A stretch of 64,000 nt of DNA, taken from assembly GCA_021648225.1 (NCBI GenBank), contig JAKITE010000002.1:5391-69390 (forward strand), read 5' to 3'. Made by a program: the position numbers and the translations under genes. This document shows, piece by piece, positions 31,807 through 40,615 of the stretch. Positions within the stretch are counted from its first letter, which is position 1. Each line of letters begins with the position of its first letter. The notes below the pieces were generated by a model. It was not told where the DNA came from, did no database searches, and saw nothing but the letters and a program-made list of their open reading frames with translations. Source of the stretch: Paracoccaceae bacterium. GTDB lineage: Bacteria > Pseudomonadota > Alphaproteobacteria > Rhodobacterales > Rhodobacteraceae.

Positions 31807-33294
31807 ATGACCGATCTAGCAAAACTGACCATCGCAACCGCGCGCGACGCCATGCGCGCCGGTGACTTTACCAGCGTTGAACTGACACAATCCTGTCTTG
31901 ATGCCATTGATAATGCCAAAGCCCTGAACGCTTTTTCCACCAACACCCCCGAAATTGCGCTGGACCAAGCCGCCAAAGCCGACACCCGCATTCAGGCAGG
32001 CGATGCCCCCGATATGTGCGGCATTCCGCTTGGCATCAAAGACCTGTTTTGCACCAAAGGCGTGCAAACCCAGGCCGGCAGCCATATTCTGGACGGGTTC
32101 AAACCCGAATACGAAAGCACAATTACCAGCCAGCTGTTTGATCGCGGCGCGGTGATGCTGGGCAAGTTGAACATGGATGAATTTGCCATGGGGTCCAGCA
32201 ACGAGACCTCTTATTACGGCCCTGTCACCAGCCCTTGGCGGCGCGAAAATGACACCACGGCGCTTACACCGGGCGGTTCATCGGGCGGTTCTGCATCTGC
32301 GGTCTCGGCTGACTTATGCTTGGGTGCCACAGGCACCGATACCGGCGGCTCCATCCGTCAACCGGCAGCATTTACAGGCATTGTTGGCGTGAAACCCACC
32401 TATGGCCGCGCCTCGCGCTGGGGGGTTGTGGCTTTTGCCAGCTCGCTAGATCAAGCCGGACCAATGGTTAAAACCGTGCGCGATTCAGCCATAATGCTGG
32501 AAGCCATGTGTGGCCATGACCCAAAGGATTCCACATCCGCCGATATGGCCGTGCCCGATTTCGAGGCGGCGTTATCAGGTGATATTCGCGGCAAAAAAAT
32601 CGGCATCCCGAAAGAATACCGGCTTGACGGCATGCCTGCGGAAATCGAAACCCTTTGGGCCGAGGGCGCAGAAAAGCTCCGCGATGCGGGGGCGGAAATT
32701 GTCGATATTTCCCTGCCCCACACCAAATACGCCCTGCCCGCCTATTATGTGATTGCCCCGGCCGAGGCCTCCAGCAATCTGGCGCGCTATGACGGCGTAA
32801 AATACGGCCACCGCGCCAAAATCACCAGCGGCGAAGGCATTACCGAAATGTATGAACGCACAAGGGCCGAGGGTTTCGGCCCCGAGGTCCAGCGCCGCAT
32901 CATGATCGGCGCTTATGTGCTTTCGGCAGGGTTTTACGATGCCTATTACATCCGCGCCCAAAAGGTCCGCACCCTGATCAAACAGGACTTTGAGACCGTA
33001 TTTGCCAGCGGGGTTGATGCGATTTTAACCCCAGCCACACCGTCAGCAGCATTTGGCCTTGGCGAAATGGCCGATGCGGACCCGATCAAGATGTATCTGA
33101 ATGATGTGTTCACGGTAACCGTTAATCTGGCCGGTCTGCCGGGGGTTTCGGTGCCAACAGGCATGGACAAAAGCGGACTTCCGCTTGGGCTGCAAATAAT
33201 TGGCCGGCCCTGGGGTGAGGCTGATATGCTGAATGTTGCTTATGCGCTTGAAACCGCAAGCAAGTTTGACAGTAAACCGATAAAATGGTGGTAG
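31807..33294 (+). CDS. gatA: Asp-tRNA(Asn)/Glu-tRNA(Gln) amidotransferase subunit A
   Basis: 495 aa with the amidase signature [11 protein letters not shown] and the [12 protein letters not shown] motif. Confidence 0.92.
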   Translation: MTDLAKLTIATARDAMRAGDFTSVELTQSCLDAIDNAKALNAFSTNTPEIALDQAAKADTRIQAGDAPDMCGIPLGIKDLFCTKGVQTQAGSHILDGFKPEYESTITSQLFDRGAVMLGKLNMDEFAMGSSNETSYYGPVTSPWRRENDTTALTPGGSSGGSASAVSADLCLGATGTDTGGSIRQPAAFTGIVGVKPTYGRASRWGVVAFASSLDQAGPMVKTVRDSAIMLEAMCGHDPKDSTSADMAVPDFEAALSGDIRGKKIGIPKEYRLDGMPAEIETLWAEGAEKLRDAGAEIVDISLPHTKYALPAYYVIAPAEASSNLARYDGVKYGHRAKITSGEGITEMYERTRAEGFGPEVQRRIMIGAYVLSAGFYDAYYIRAQKVRTLIKQDFETVFASGVDAILTPATPSAAFGLGEMADADPIKMYLNDVFTVTVNLAGLPGVSVPTGMDKSGLPLGLQIIGRPWGEADMLNVAYALETASKFDSKPIKWW

Positions 33295-33303
33295 GAGAAT
33301 AGC

Positions 33304-33990
33304 ATGCGTTACGTATCTTTCGGGCTTTTGGGGCTGGCGGCAATCGCCATTTCCGGCTGTGATATCGAGGCTGGTTCAAGCGTGAATTTCCCCCCGATTG
33401 GCGGGGTGCAACAACCTGTTTATCAATCCCCTGATACGTTTATGCCTGAGCCGCAAGCACCCTCCGAACAAGATATGACCGCCAGCCTGACCGATGCGGT
33501 TGACGCAGCACTTGCCGCTACCAACGATGTTAATGCGGTTGTACCGGTTACGCCGGTTGCAAATGTGCAGATTGATCCGGTCACCGGCGAAACCATTGCC
33601 TCGGATGACGGGGTGCTGAACCTTGCTGAACAATCGCAGGCAGAACAGCTGGTATTGCGCAATGCAGATGCCGCAGCGCTTGCCGCTGCCGCCGCCCAAC
33701 GGGTGGTAATTGCACCCGGCGAAATGCCCGAAGTAATCGCAGGGGTTAATATCATCGCCTATGCGCGCTCTACCACAAATGTGGTTGGCAATCGTATCAT
33801 CCGCCGACCTGCCATCCGGCGCACCAATAACCGTGCCCAATGTGCCAAATTTGACACCCAGGACAATGCCCAGCGTAATTTTCTGGCCAATGGCGGCCCG
33901 CAAGAAGATCCGCTAAACCTTGACCCTGACGGCGACGGTTTTGCCTGCAGATGGTCCCCCGATGCGTATCGGGCGCTGAACTTGAATTAA
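33304..33990 (+). CDS. Lipoprotein with C-terminal Excalibur-like calcium-binding motif
   Basis: 228 aa with a lipobox (AIAISGC) and a C-terminal DPDGDGFAC (DxDxDGxxC) motif. Confidence 0.6.
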   Translation: MRYVSFGLLGLAAIAISGCDIEAGSSVNFPPIGGVQQPVYQSPDTFMPEPQAPSEQDMTASLTDAVDAALAATNDVNAVVPVTPVANVQIDPVTGETIASDDGVLNLAEQSQAEQLVLRNADAAALAAAAAQRVVIAPGEMPEVIAGVNIIAYARSTTNVVGNRIIRRPAIRRTNNRAQCAKFDTQDNAQRNFLANGGPQEDPLNLDPDGDGFACRWSPDAYRALNLN

Positions 33991-34076
33991 TAGATTGATC
34001 AGCCGCACCAAGGTTATGCTTGCGGAAAAGCTGAAATTATGCCTTTCTGCGCCAAATTATTTTCAGGAGCATTTTT

Positions 34077-34871
34077 ATGATTGATCTATTAACCTTTGGC
34101 AACCTTGCCAATCTGGTCATTTTATTATTTCTTCAGGCCGTGCTTGGCTTTGACAATCTTTTATATATCTCGATTGAATCGCGCCGCGCACCGGCTGAAC
34201 ATCAGGCAAAGGTTCGCAAATGGGGCATCATCATTGCGGTAGCGCTGCGGGTTGTGCTGCTGTTTGTGATGATCCAGCTGATTGAAACCCTGAAAGCGCC
34301 GTTCTTTTCGCTAAATATCTCCGGCATTGTCGAGGGCAATTTCAATTTTGCCACGCTGGTATTTTTGTTTGGCGGGGTGTTTATTATGTATACCGCCGTT
34401 AAGGAAATCAGCCATATGCTGGCGATTGAACATCTGGAAGAAGGTGTCGCAAAACGCAAACATAAATCGGCATTTCAGGTTATCATGATGATTGTATTCA
34501 TGAATTTAATCTTCAGCTTTGATTCCGTGCTGTCAGCACTGGCCATTACCGATGTGTTTCCGGTGCTGGCCACAGCCATTTTACTGTCGGGGCTGGCAAT
34601 GGTTTTGCTGGCCGACGGTGTTGCCGAATTTATCAAGAAAAACCGTATGTATGAGGTGCTGGGCCTGTTTATCCTGCTGATCGTTGGCATTGTATTGCTG
34701 GGCGAGGCTGGCCATGAGGGGCAGATCAAACTGTTTGGTTTCGCGGTAGAACCGATTAGCAAAACCACCTTCTATTTCTCGATCGCGGTGTTGGTCGTGG
34801 TGGAAATCATCCAGTCAAAATACAAGAAAAAGCTGGCCTATGAACGGGCACGCCAACAAGCAAAACAATAA
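34077..34871 (+). CDS. TerC family integral membrane protein
   Basis: 264 aa, polytopic, with an N-terminal LQAVLGFDNLLYISIE motif typical of TerC/Alx/YkoY-type proteins. Confidence 0.75.
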   Translation: MIDLLTFGNLANLVILLFLQAVLGFDNLLYISIESRRAPAEHQAKVRKWGIIIAVALRVVLLFVMIQLIETLKAPFFSLNISGIVEGNFNFATLVFLFGGVFIMYTAVKEISHMLAIEHLEEGVAKRKHKSAFQVIMMIVFMNLIFSFDSVLSALAITDVFPVLATAILLSGLAMVLLADGVAEFIKKNRMYEVLGLFILLIVGIVLLGEAGHEGQIKLFGFAVEPISKTTFYFSIAVLVVVEIIQSKYKKKLAYERARQQAKQ

Positions 34872-34945
34872 GGTAGGCTCTGGCTTTTAAGTAAAACCGC
34901 ACTATATTAACAATTATCTGCGCATTCAGCGCCAAGGAAAAATAC

Positions 34946-35038
34946 ATGTCGGGTAAAACCCTGCAATTGATTGCATATCTTGTGCTGGTCAGCCTTATCT
35001 GGGTGGTTGCCGCCGGTTCTTACGGGTGGATTTCCTGA
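34946..35038 (+). CDS. 30-codon hydrophobic micro-ORF translationally coupled to the XpaC-like gene
   Basis: It encodes MSGKTLQLIAYLVLVSLIWVVAAGSYGWIS. An AAGGA RBS lies about 7 nt upstream of the ATG, and the TGA stop shares its A with the next ATG (TGATG). It is too short to appear in the ORF track. Confidence 0.45.
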   Translation: MSGKTLQLIAYLVLVSLIWVVAAGSYGWIS

Positions 35039-35958
35039 TGGCAGTCAAACGTTTCAGGGGGGCCAACAGCCCCGATGCAAAACCGGATGAAGCGGTTATA
35101 ATGGCGGATGCGCCGGTTAATCCATTGGCCGGCAAATCCATCAAGGTCAGCAATTTTCGCGCAAATCTGTTGTTTTTTGTGCCCCTGCCCTTGCTGTTGA
35201 ACGGGTTTTCCAAAATGGCGGATGCCGCGCCGCTTTCGATGCTGGCATCTTTTGGCGCCTTTGCCTTGCTTGTTCTTTCCGCATGGCTACTGCGCGAAGG
35301 GTTAAAGGCCGAAGCCGCCTATAATGCCCGCAAGGTTGCGCGCCCGCCGATGCCACGAAAAATCATCGCCGCCGATCTTTCCGGTATCGGGGTTGGCATG
35401 GCCGCGTGGCTTAGCTGGGGCCAGCCGCTCTGGAGCGCGGTGGTGTTTGGCGTGGTTACGGTTGTGGCTTTTCTGGCGGCTTTCGGGCTGGACCCGTTAC
35501 GCAAAAAAGGCATGGAAGGCTTTAACGAATTTGAAGCCAACCGCGTTGCCAAGGCGGTTGGCAAAGCCGAAAAACTGCTGGCCCAAATCAGCGACGCCGC
35601 GGCGCGTATTGGTGACCGGCGCATCGAATCCAAGGTGAATGATCTGACCGCTGCGGCGGCTGAAATGCTGCGGGTTGTTGAAGACGACCCACGGGATTTG
35701 ACATCGGCACGTAAATTCATGACGGTATATTTAATGGGTGCGCGCGATGCGACGGTAAAATTTGCCGATGTTTATTCGCGATCCCAAAATCAGGAAGCAC
35801 GATCGGAATACGAGACTTTATTAAAAGACCTGCAAACAAGTTTTGAAGGTAAAAAACAAGCATTATTGCAAGATGACCACACCGATCTGGATGTGGAGAT
35901 CGAAGTCTTGCGCGAAAGATTACAACGCGAAGGGCATTTGCCCAAAGAGGGAGAATAA
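35038..35958 (+). CDS. XpaC-like (5-bromo-4-chloroindolyl phosphate hydrolysis family) membrane protein
   Basis: About 306 aa: four TM helices followed by a helical C-terminal domain with the DPRDLTSARKFMTVYL motif. It lies immediately upstream of telA, as in the Bacillus xpaC-yaaN pair. Confidence 0.65.
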   Translation: MAVKRFRGANSPDAKPDEAVIMADAPVNPLAGKSIKVSNFRANLLFFVPLPLLLNGFSKMADAAPLSMLASFGAFALLVLSAWLLREGLKAEAAYNARKVARPPMPRKIIAADLSGIGVGMAAWLSWGQPLWSAVVFGVVTVVAFLAAFGLDPLRKKGMEGFNEFEANRVAKAVGKAEKLLAQISDAAARIGDRRIESKVNDLTAAAAEMLRVVEDDPRDLTSARKFMTVYLMGARDATVKFADVYSRSQNQEARSEYETLLKDLQTSFEGKKQALLQDDHTDLDVEIEVLRERLQREGHLPKEGE

Positions 35959-35959
35959 C

Positions 35960-37147
35960 ATGACCGAGGATATCAGAGCCAAAGCAGAAAGCACCTTGAA
36001 AGAGGTTGAAAAAGTCACCTCGGTGCTGCTGCCGGAACCAAAAGGCGAATTGATCGTGATTGATCAGGCCAGCGCTGCCGAAAAAGCACAAATCGACACT
36101 GCCATTGGCGAGCTGGATATGGGAGACACCCAGTCGATCATCCGGTTCGGGTCATCCGCACAGGCCGAATTGCAGGTAATTTCGCAAGAAATGCTGGCCG
36201 GTGTGCGCAATCAGGATGCTGGCCCTGCGGGCGATGCGCTGCGCGAAATGGTGACCTCCATTCGTGGTTTCTCGGTTGATGAACTGAACCCGAACCGCAC
36301 CCAAAGCTGGTGGGATAAATTGCTGGGCCGCGCCAAACCGATTGCCATGTTCATGGCCAAATACGAAACCGTGCAAGGCCAGATTGATAAAATTACCGAA
36401 GAATTATTGCAGCACGAACATATCTTGCTTAAAGACATCAAATCGCTTGATAAGCTGTATGAAAAAACCCTTGAATTTTACGACCAACTGGCGATTTATA
36501 TCGCGGCTGGCGAAGAAAAAATCAAAAGCCTTGATGATGTGGATATTCCGGCAAAACAAAAAGCCGTGGATGACGCGCCTGAGGATGACAAGGTTATTAT
36601 CGCACAGGAACTGCGTGATCTGCGCGCCGCACGCGATGATCTGGAACGCCGGGTGCATGATTTGAAACTGACCCGTCAGGTCACCATGCAAAGCCTGCCC
36701 AGCATTCGTCTGGTGCAGGAAAACGATAAATCTCTGGTTACCAAGATCAATTCCACCATGGTCAACACTGTGCCGCTTTGGGAAACCCAACTGGCGCAGG
36801 CTGTCACCATCCATCGTTCCCGCGAGGCTGCAAAAGTAGTGCGCGAGGCCAATGATCTGACCAATGAATTGCTGACTGCCAATGCGGAAAACCTGAAAAT
36901 CGCCAATAAGGAAATCCGCACCGAAATGGAACGCGGCGTGTTTGACATCGAGGCTATCAAAAAGGCCAATGCGGCCCTGATTGAAACCATCGAGGACAGC
37001 CTGCGCATCGCTGACGAGGGCAAAGCCAAACGTCTTGAGGCCGAAAAAGAGCTGGACATTATGGAGCGCGAGCTGACCAACACGCTGGCAGCGGCCAAAG
37101 CCAAAGATACGGCCTCTAGCCATAATATCGGCAGCAGCGTCGAATAG
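35960..37147 (+). CDS. telA: TelA / toxic-anion-resistance family protein
   Basis: 395 aa from the ATG at 35960 after a GAGGGAGA RBS (the ORF track starts at 35843). It is helical and coiled-coil rich, with an IIRFGSSAQAELQVISQEML N-terminal region. Confidence 0.8.
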   Translation: MTEDIRAKAESTLKEVEKVTSVLLPEPKGELIVIDQASAAEKAQIDTAIGELDMGDTQSIIRFGSSAQAELQVISQEMLAGVRNQDAGPAGDALREMVTSIRGFSVDELNPNRTQSWWDKLLGRAKPIAMFMAKYETVQGQIDKITEELLQHEHILLKDIKSLDKLYEKTLEFYDQLAIYIAAGEEKIKSLDDVDIPAKQKAVDDAPEDDKVIIAQELRDLRAARDDLERRVHDLKLTRQVTMQSLPSIRLVQENDKSLVTKINSTMVNTVPLWETQLAQAVTIHRSREAAKVVREANDLTNELLTANAENLKIANKEIRTEMERGVFDIEAIKKANAALIETIEDSLRIADEGKAKRLEAEKELDIMERELTNTLAAAKAKDTASSHNIGSSVE

Positions 37148-37169
37148 GAGACAAACATGGGTATTTTCG
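37143..37169 (+). repeat. Direct repeat copy 1 (telA stop + RBS + first 13 nt of the SPFH-type coding sequence)
   Basis: AATAGGAGACAAACATGGGTATTTTCG matches 26 of 27 positions at 38027-38053. Confidence 0.9.
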
Positions 37170-37189
37170 GGCTTAGGAGACGTAATTGA
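37157..37189 (+). other. 10-codon stub (MGIFGLRRRN*) duplicating the first four codons of the SPFH gene
   Basis: The start codon and codons 1-4 (MGIF) equal those of the gene at 38041. The reading frame then diverges and stops 1 nt before the GTG of the next ORF. Confidence 0.6.
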
Positions 37190-37190
37190 A

Positions 37191-37847
37191 GTGTTTATAG
37201 ATTTGTTGAAACCTGAAACCTTTGATTTCGTCGCTAAGTTTTTTCTGGCCGGATACATAGTCATTGTCATACGATCCCGATTTGTAGTCGGAGAGCGACC
37301 TAAGGCAGCCCATGTAGTCGCTGAAGCCGTAATTCTTAGCCTAATTAACCAATTAATATTTCAAACCATAAGTCAGATTTTCATATGGATCGTCCCTACT
37401 GAATACAGCCAGTGGGTTTGGATGCGCTTCCCATTTTATATTGAAGTTGTATTTCTCCCATTATTGTGGGGTTTACTGATTGGAGCAAACTTATCCAAAG
37501 GCTGGAAACATGCGGTTTTCCGGCGGCTCTCGATGCCTATCGTTAGCCCAATTCAAAGAGCTCACGATTTTGCTTTTGGTTTTAACAGAGAGCCCTGCCT
37601 TGTAATAGTTACATATGAAGATGAAACGATAGTGAGGGGCCATTTTGGCACCGAATCCTTAGCCGCCAGTGATCCCGAACGTAGCGATTTGTACTTGGAA
37701 CGCCTATATACTGTAGATAACACTGACCAATGGATAGAAACAATGCCGGGCAGGTCGGCTTTGTTAAGTTTGAATAATGTGCGTTCGATCGAATTTTTAG
37801 ATCAGATCACAAATGATACTAATTCAGAAGGAAAAGGAAATGCCTAA
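37191..37847 (+). CDS. Hypothetical membrane protein (cargo of the AT-rich insertion)
   Basis: 218 aa with a GTG start 10 nt after an AGGAGA. There are about 4 N-terminal TM helices and a soluble C-terminal domain of about 100 aa. Nucleotide composition is clearly AT-richer than the flanks by eye. The architecture reminds me of DUF6338-type proteins, but this is unverified. Confidence 0.55.
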   Translation: MFIDLLKPETFDFVAKFFLAGYIVIVIRSRFVVGERPKAAHVVAEAVILSLINQLIFQTISQIFIWIVPTEYSQWVWMRFPFYIEVVFLPLLWGLLIGANLSKGWKHAVFRRLSMPIVSPIQRAHDFAFGFNREPCLVIVTYEDETIVRGHFGTESLAASDPERSDLYLERLYTVDNTDQWIETMPGRSALLSLNNVRSIEFLDQITNDTNSEGKGNA

Positions 37848-38031
37848 ATCAGGACGAACGCTGTTAGTTGACGGCTATCAGGCCAAACCTAAGCTCAGGG
37901 CAATTACTAAAATCGGAGCTAATAGTCGCGGTTATCAAGGGTTAAAAAAACCTAGTTCTCTATCAAGTGCCGGTAACACAGCAAAATTACCAAAAACGAC
38001 ATCCGCAGTTCAAAAGCCTGCCAAAAAATAG
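37840..38031 (+). CDS. Hypothetical small basic protein (second cargo ORF)
   Basis: 63 aa from the ATG at 37840 (MPKSGRTLL...KPAKK). It overlaps the upstream stop by 8 nt, and its own stop is the TAG inside direct repeat copy 2. It is Lys-rich and likely disordered. Confidence 0.35.
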   Translation: MPKSGRTLLVDGYQAKPKLRAITKIGANSRGYQGLKKPSSLSSAGNTAKLPKTTSAVQKPAKK

Positions 38032-38053
38032 GAGACAAACATGGGAATTTTCG
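38027..38053 (+). repeat. Direct repeat copy 2
   Basis: AATAGGAGACAAACATGGGAATTTTCG. It contains the functional RBS and start of the SPFH gene. Confidence 0.9.
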
Positions 38054-39141
38054 ATTTTTTAACCGGCCAGTTTATAGATGTCATCCACCATACGGATGAC
38101 ACGCAAGATACGCTGGTCTGGCGGTTTGAACGTCAGGGCCATGAAATTAAATATGGCGCGAAATTAACGGTTCGCGAAGGCCAAGCGGCGGTTTTCATCC
38201 ATGAGGGCCAGATGGCGGATGTATTTTCGCCCGGGCTTTATATGTTGGAAACCAACAATATGCCGATCATGACCAGCCTGCAACACTGGGATCACGGTTT
38301 TCAAAGCCCGTTCAAGTCGGAAATATATTATGTCAACACCACCCGTTTTCAAGACCTGAAATGGGGCACCAAAAATCCGATCATGTGCCGCGACCCGGAA
38401 TTTGGCGTGGTGCGTATTCGCGCTTTTGGCACCTATACCATTCGGGTTTCTGACCCTGCGGTGTTTATGCGTGAAATTGTTGGCACCGATGGTGAATTCA
38501 CCACCGATGAAATCTCCAGCCAGATCCGCAATATCATTGTGTCGCGTTTTACCAATGCGGTGGCAAAATCCGGCATTCCGGTGCTGGATATGGCCGCAAA
38601 TATGGACGAGCTGAGCAATATTATTGCTGATCTTGTCTCGCCACAACTGGCGGAATACGGCCTTGAAATGCCGATGCTGATGATCGAAAACATCTCGCTG
38701 CCCGCAGCGGTAGAAGAGGCCATGGACAAACGCACCTCGATGGGTGTGGTGGGCGATTTGAACAAATATACTCAATTCTCCGCAGCCGAAGCCATGACCG
38801 CAGCCGCCTCCAACCCCGGTGGTTCGGGCATGGGTGACGGGCTTGGCATGGGTATGGGCATGGCGATGGCGCAAAACATGGCTGGTATGGGCGCTGCTGC
38901 ACCCGCCGCTGCCGCGCCGCCGCCTCCGCCGGCTGAAAAGGTCTGGCATCTTGCTGAAAACGGCAAAACCACCGGTCCGTTTTCAAAAGCCGCCCTTGGC
39001 CGCATGGCCAGCGATGGCAGCCTGAAACGCGGTTCAACCGTTTGGACTGCGGGTCAGGATGGCTGGATAGCAGCGGGTGATATTGATGAATTGGCACAGC
39101 TGTTTACGGTTATGCCGCCGCCTCCACCACCAGCTGGCTAG
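38041..39141 (+). CDS. SPFH/band-7-like protein (YdjI / 'virion core protein' type) with Gly/Met/Ala/Pro low-complexity linker and C-terminal GYF_2-like domain
   Basis: 366 aa with an MGIFDFLTGQFIDVI N-terminus and the WRFERQG...LTVREGQAAVF motif. The linker reads GGSGMGDGLGMGMGMAMAQNMAGMGAAAPAAAAPPPPP. The C-terminal part reads WHLAENGKTTGPFS...VWTAGQDGW. Confidence 0.65.
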   Translation: MGIFDFLTGQFIDVIHHTDDTQDTLVWRFERQGHEIKYGAKLTVREGQAAVFIHEGQMADVFSPGLYMLETNNMPIMTSLQHWDHGFQSPFKSEIYYVNTTRFQDLKWGTKNPIMCRDPEFGVVRIRAFGTYTIRVSDPAVFMREIVGTDGEFTTDEISSQIRNIIVSRFTNAVAKSGIPVLDMAANMDELSNIIADLVSPQLAEYGLEMPMLMIENISLPAAVEEAMDKRTSMGVVGDLNKYTQFSAAEAMTAAASNPGGSGMGDGLGMGMGMAMAQNMAGMGAAAPAAAAPPPPPAEKVWHLAENGKTTGPFSKAALGRMASDGSLKRGSTVWTAGQDGWIAAGDIDELAQLFTVMPPPPPPAG

Positions 39142-39147
39142 GCTTGT

Positions 39148-40248
39148 ATGGTTGAAACACCCTCTGAAGAAGAACACCGCTTTCCCTGTGGGGATTGCGG
39201 CTCTGACATGCGTTTTGACGCAGCTAAATCTTTGTTGGTATGCGATTTTTGTGGCAATACCGAACCCGTTGCAGCGCGCGAAAGCGCCAATTGGCAAATC
39301 ACCGAGCAGGATTTCAACAAAGCCCTGCGCGATGAATTGCCCGAATCGGAAATGGAAACCACACGGGTTGCCAAATGCGAAAATTGCGGCGCTCAGGTAG
39401 ATTTTGCCAAGGATAGCCATGCCACCGAATGCCCGTTTTGCGCCAGCCCGATCGTGCTGGATACCGGCACCAACAAACATATCAAACCCAAGGGTGTTTT
39501 GCCTTTTTCTGTGGCTGAAAAAGCCGCGCGCGGGGCCATGACCGACTGGTTGGGCAAATTGTGGTTTGCCCCTAATAACCTGAAAGAATACGCCCGAAAA
39601 GACCGCAAAATGCAGGGGGTCTATGTGCCCTACTGGACCTATGACAGCCAATCGGAATCCGATTATCGCGGCCAGCGCGGTGATGCCTATTATGTGACAC
39701 GAACCGTGGTGGTAAACGGCAAAACCGAAACAAGACGCGAACGCAAAATCCGCTGGCGGCCGGCAGCGGGCCATATCTCAAAGTTTTTTGACGATATTCT
39801 GATTCTGGCCTCAAAAAGCCTGCCGAAAAAATACACCGACCGGCTGGCGCCTTGGGATCTGTCGGAACTGGAGGCCTATAGCCCCGATTATCTGGCAGGC
39901 TTTAACGCCGAGGCCTATTCGGTGCAGCTGGCCGACGGGTTTATCGAGGCCAAAATCCTGATGGAGCGTGAAATACGCCAGCTGGTGCGCCACGATATTG
40001 GCGGTGATGAACAACGCATTTCACGGCTTGATACCCGGCTAAGCGACATCACCTATAAGCACGTGCTGCTGCCGGTCTGGCTGGCGGCCTATAAATATAA
40101 CGGTAAAACCTTTCGCTTTGTGGTCAATGGCCGCACCGGCAAGGTGCAAGGCGAACGCCCTTGGTCCAAAATCAAAATCGCGCTGGCGGTTGTGGCTGGC
40201 CTGATTGTTGCTGGTGCAGCGGTTTATTTTATTCAGGCCAATCAATAA
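39148..40248 (+). CDS. Double zinc-ribbon protein with C-terminal TM anchor (YdjG-like)
   Basis: 366 aa with two CxxC-x15-16-CxxC ribbons (CGDCGSDMRFDAAKSLLVCDFCG and CENCGAQVDFAKDSHATECPFCAS) and a C-terminal helix (IALAVVAGLIVAGAAVYFI). Confidence 0.6.
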   Translation: MVETPSEEEHRFPCGDCGSDMRFDAAKSLLVCDFCGNTEPVAARESANWQITEQDFNKALRDELPESEMETTRVAKCENCGAQVDFAKDSHATECPFCASPIVLDTGTNKHIKPKGVLPFSVAEKAARGAMTDWLGKLWFAPNNLKEYARKDRKMQGVYVPYWTYDSQSESDYRGQRGDAYYVTRTVVVNGKTETRRERKIRWRPAAGHISKFFDDILILASKSLPKKYTDRLAPWDLSELEAYSPDYLAGFNAEAYSVQLADGFIEAKILMEREIRQLVRHDIGGDEQRISRLDTRLSDITYKHVLLPVWLAAYKYNGKTFRFVVNGRTGKVQGERPWSKIKIALAVVAGLIVAGAAVYFIQANQ

Positions 40249-40254
40249 GGCATA

Positions 40255-40291
40255 AAAAACCGCCTAAGCTAACATGCTTCGGCGGTTTTTT
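40255..40291 (+). terminator. Rho-independent terminator of the envelope-stress operon
   Basis: AAAAACCGCCtAAGC-taacat-GCTTcGGCGGTTTTTT lies 7 nt after the stop. Confidence 0.85.
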
Positions 40292-40596
40292 AATTTGTCA
40301 ATCAACTATGAATAAGTACGCACAAGGCGAAATAATTACACGGCGGCACTCGATACGTTTGCCTTGTGCGTATCTACGTTATGCCAGATGATTTGGTTTG
40401 AAATGTGGCGAAAATTGACATTTACCGCCAAAAACACCTGCACCTTACGTAAGGTAACGTTGATTTTTGGCCATTTTTTGCCACTCGGACCAAAAACAAC
40501 TGTAGCTTACGCAGCCTGATTCCTGCGTTTTCAAATCAAAGTTGGTTTGTTTTGTCAAAACTCGGGATGATTCTTTTGGCCTCTGAATCAACAATA

Positions 40597-40615
40597 AATG
40601 CCGACATCCGGCATT
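40597..40615 (-). terminator. Candidate terminator hairpin for the 141-aa ORF
   Basis: On the minus strand it reads AATGCCG-gatgt-CGGCATT followed by TATTGTTGATT. It lies about 100 nt after the stop at 40713. Confidence 0.4.

Noticed and set aside
33991-34076. Possible yybP-ykoY (Mn) riboswitch upstream of the TerC-family gene
   Set aside because: The spacer is only 86 nt, and I could not find the conserved riboswitch helices or motifs by eye. An Infernal scan would settle it.
36404-37270. 288-aa minus-strand ORF
   Set aside because: It is antisense to telA and crosses the direct repeat. It has no RBS or motif support.
37143-38054. Insertion sequence or transposon interpretation of the AT-rich insert
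   Set aside because: I could find no transposase or integrase ORF and no terminal inverted repeats. I therefore report it as an unexplained cassette rather than calling it a mobile element.
39034-39774. 246-aa minus-strand ORF
   Set aside because: It is antisense to the SPFH and zinc-ribbon genes. It is a shadow frame.
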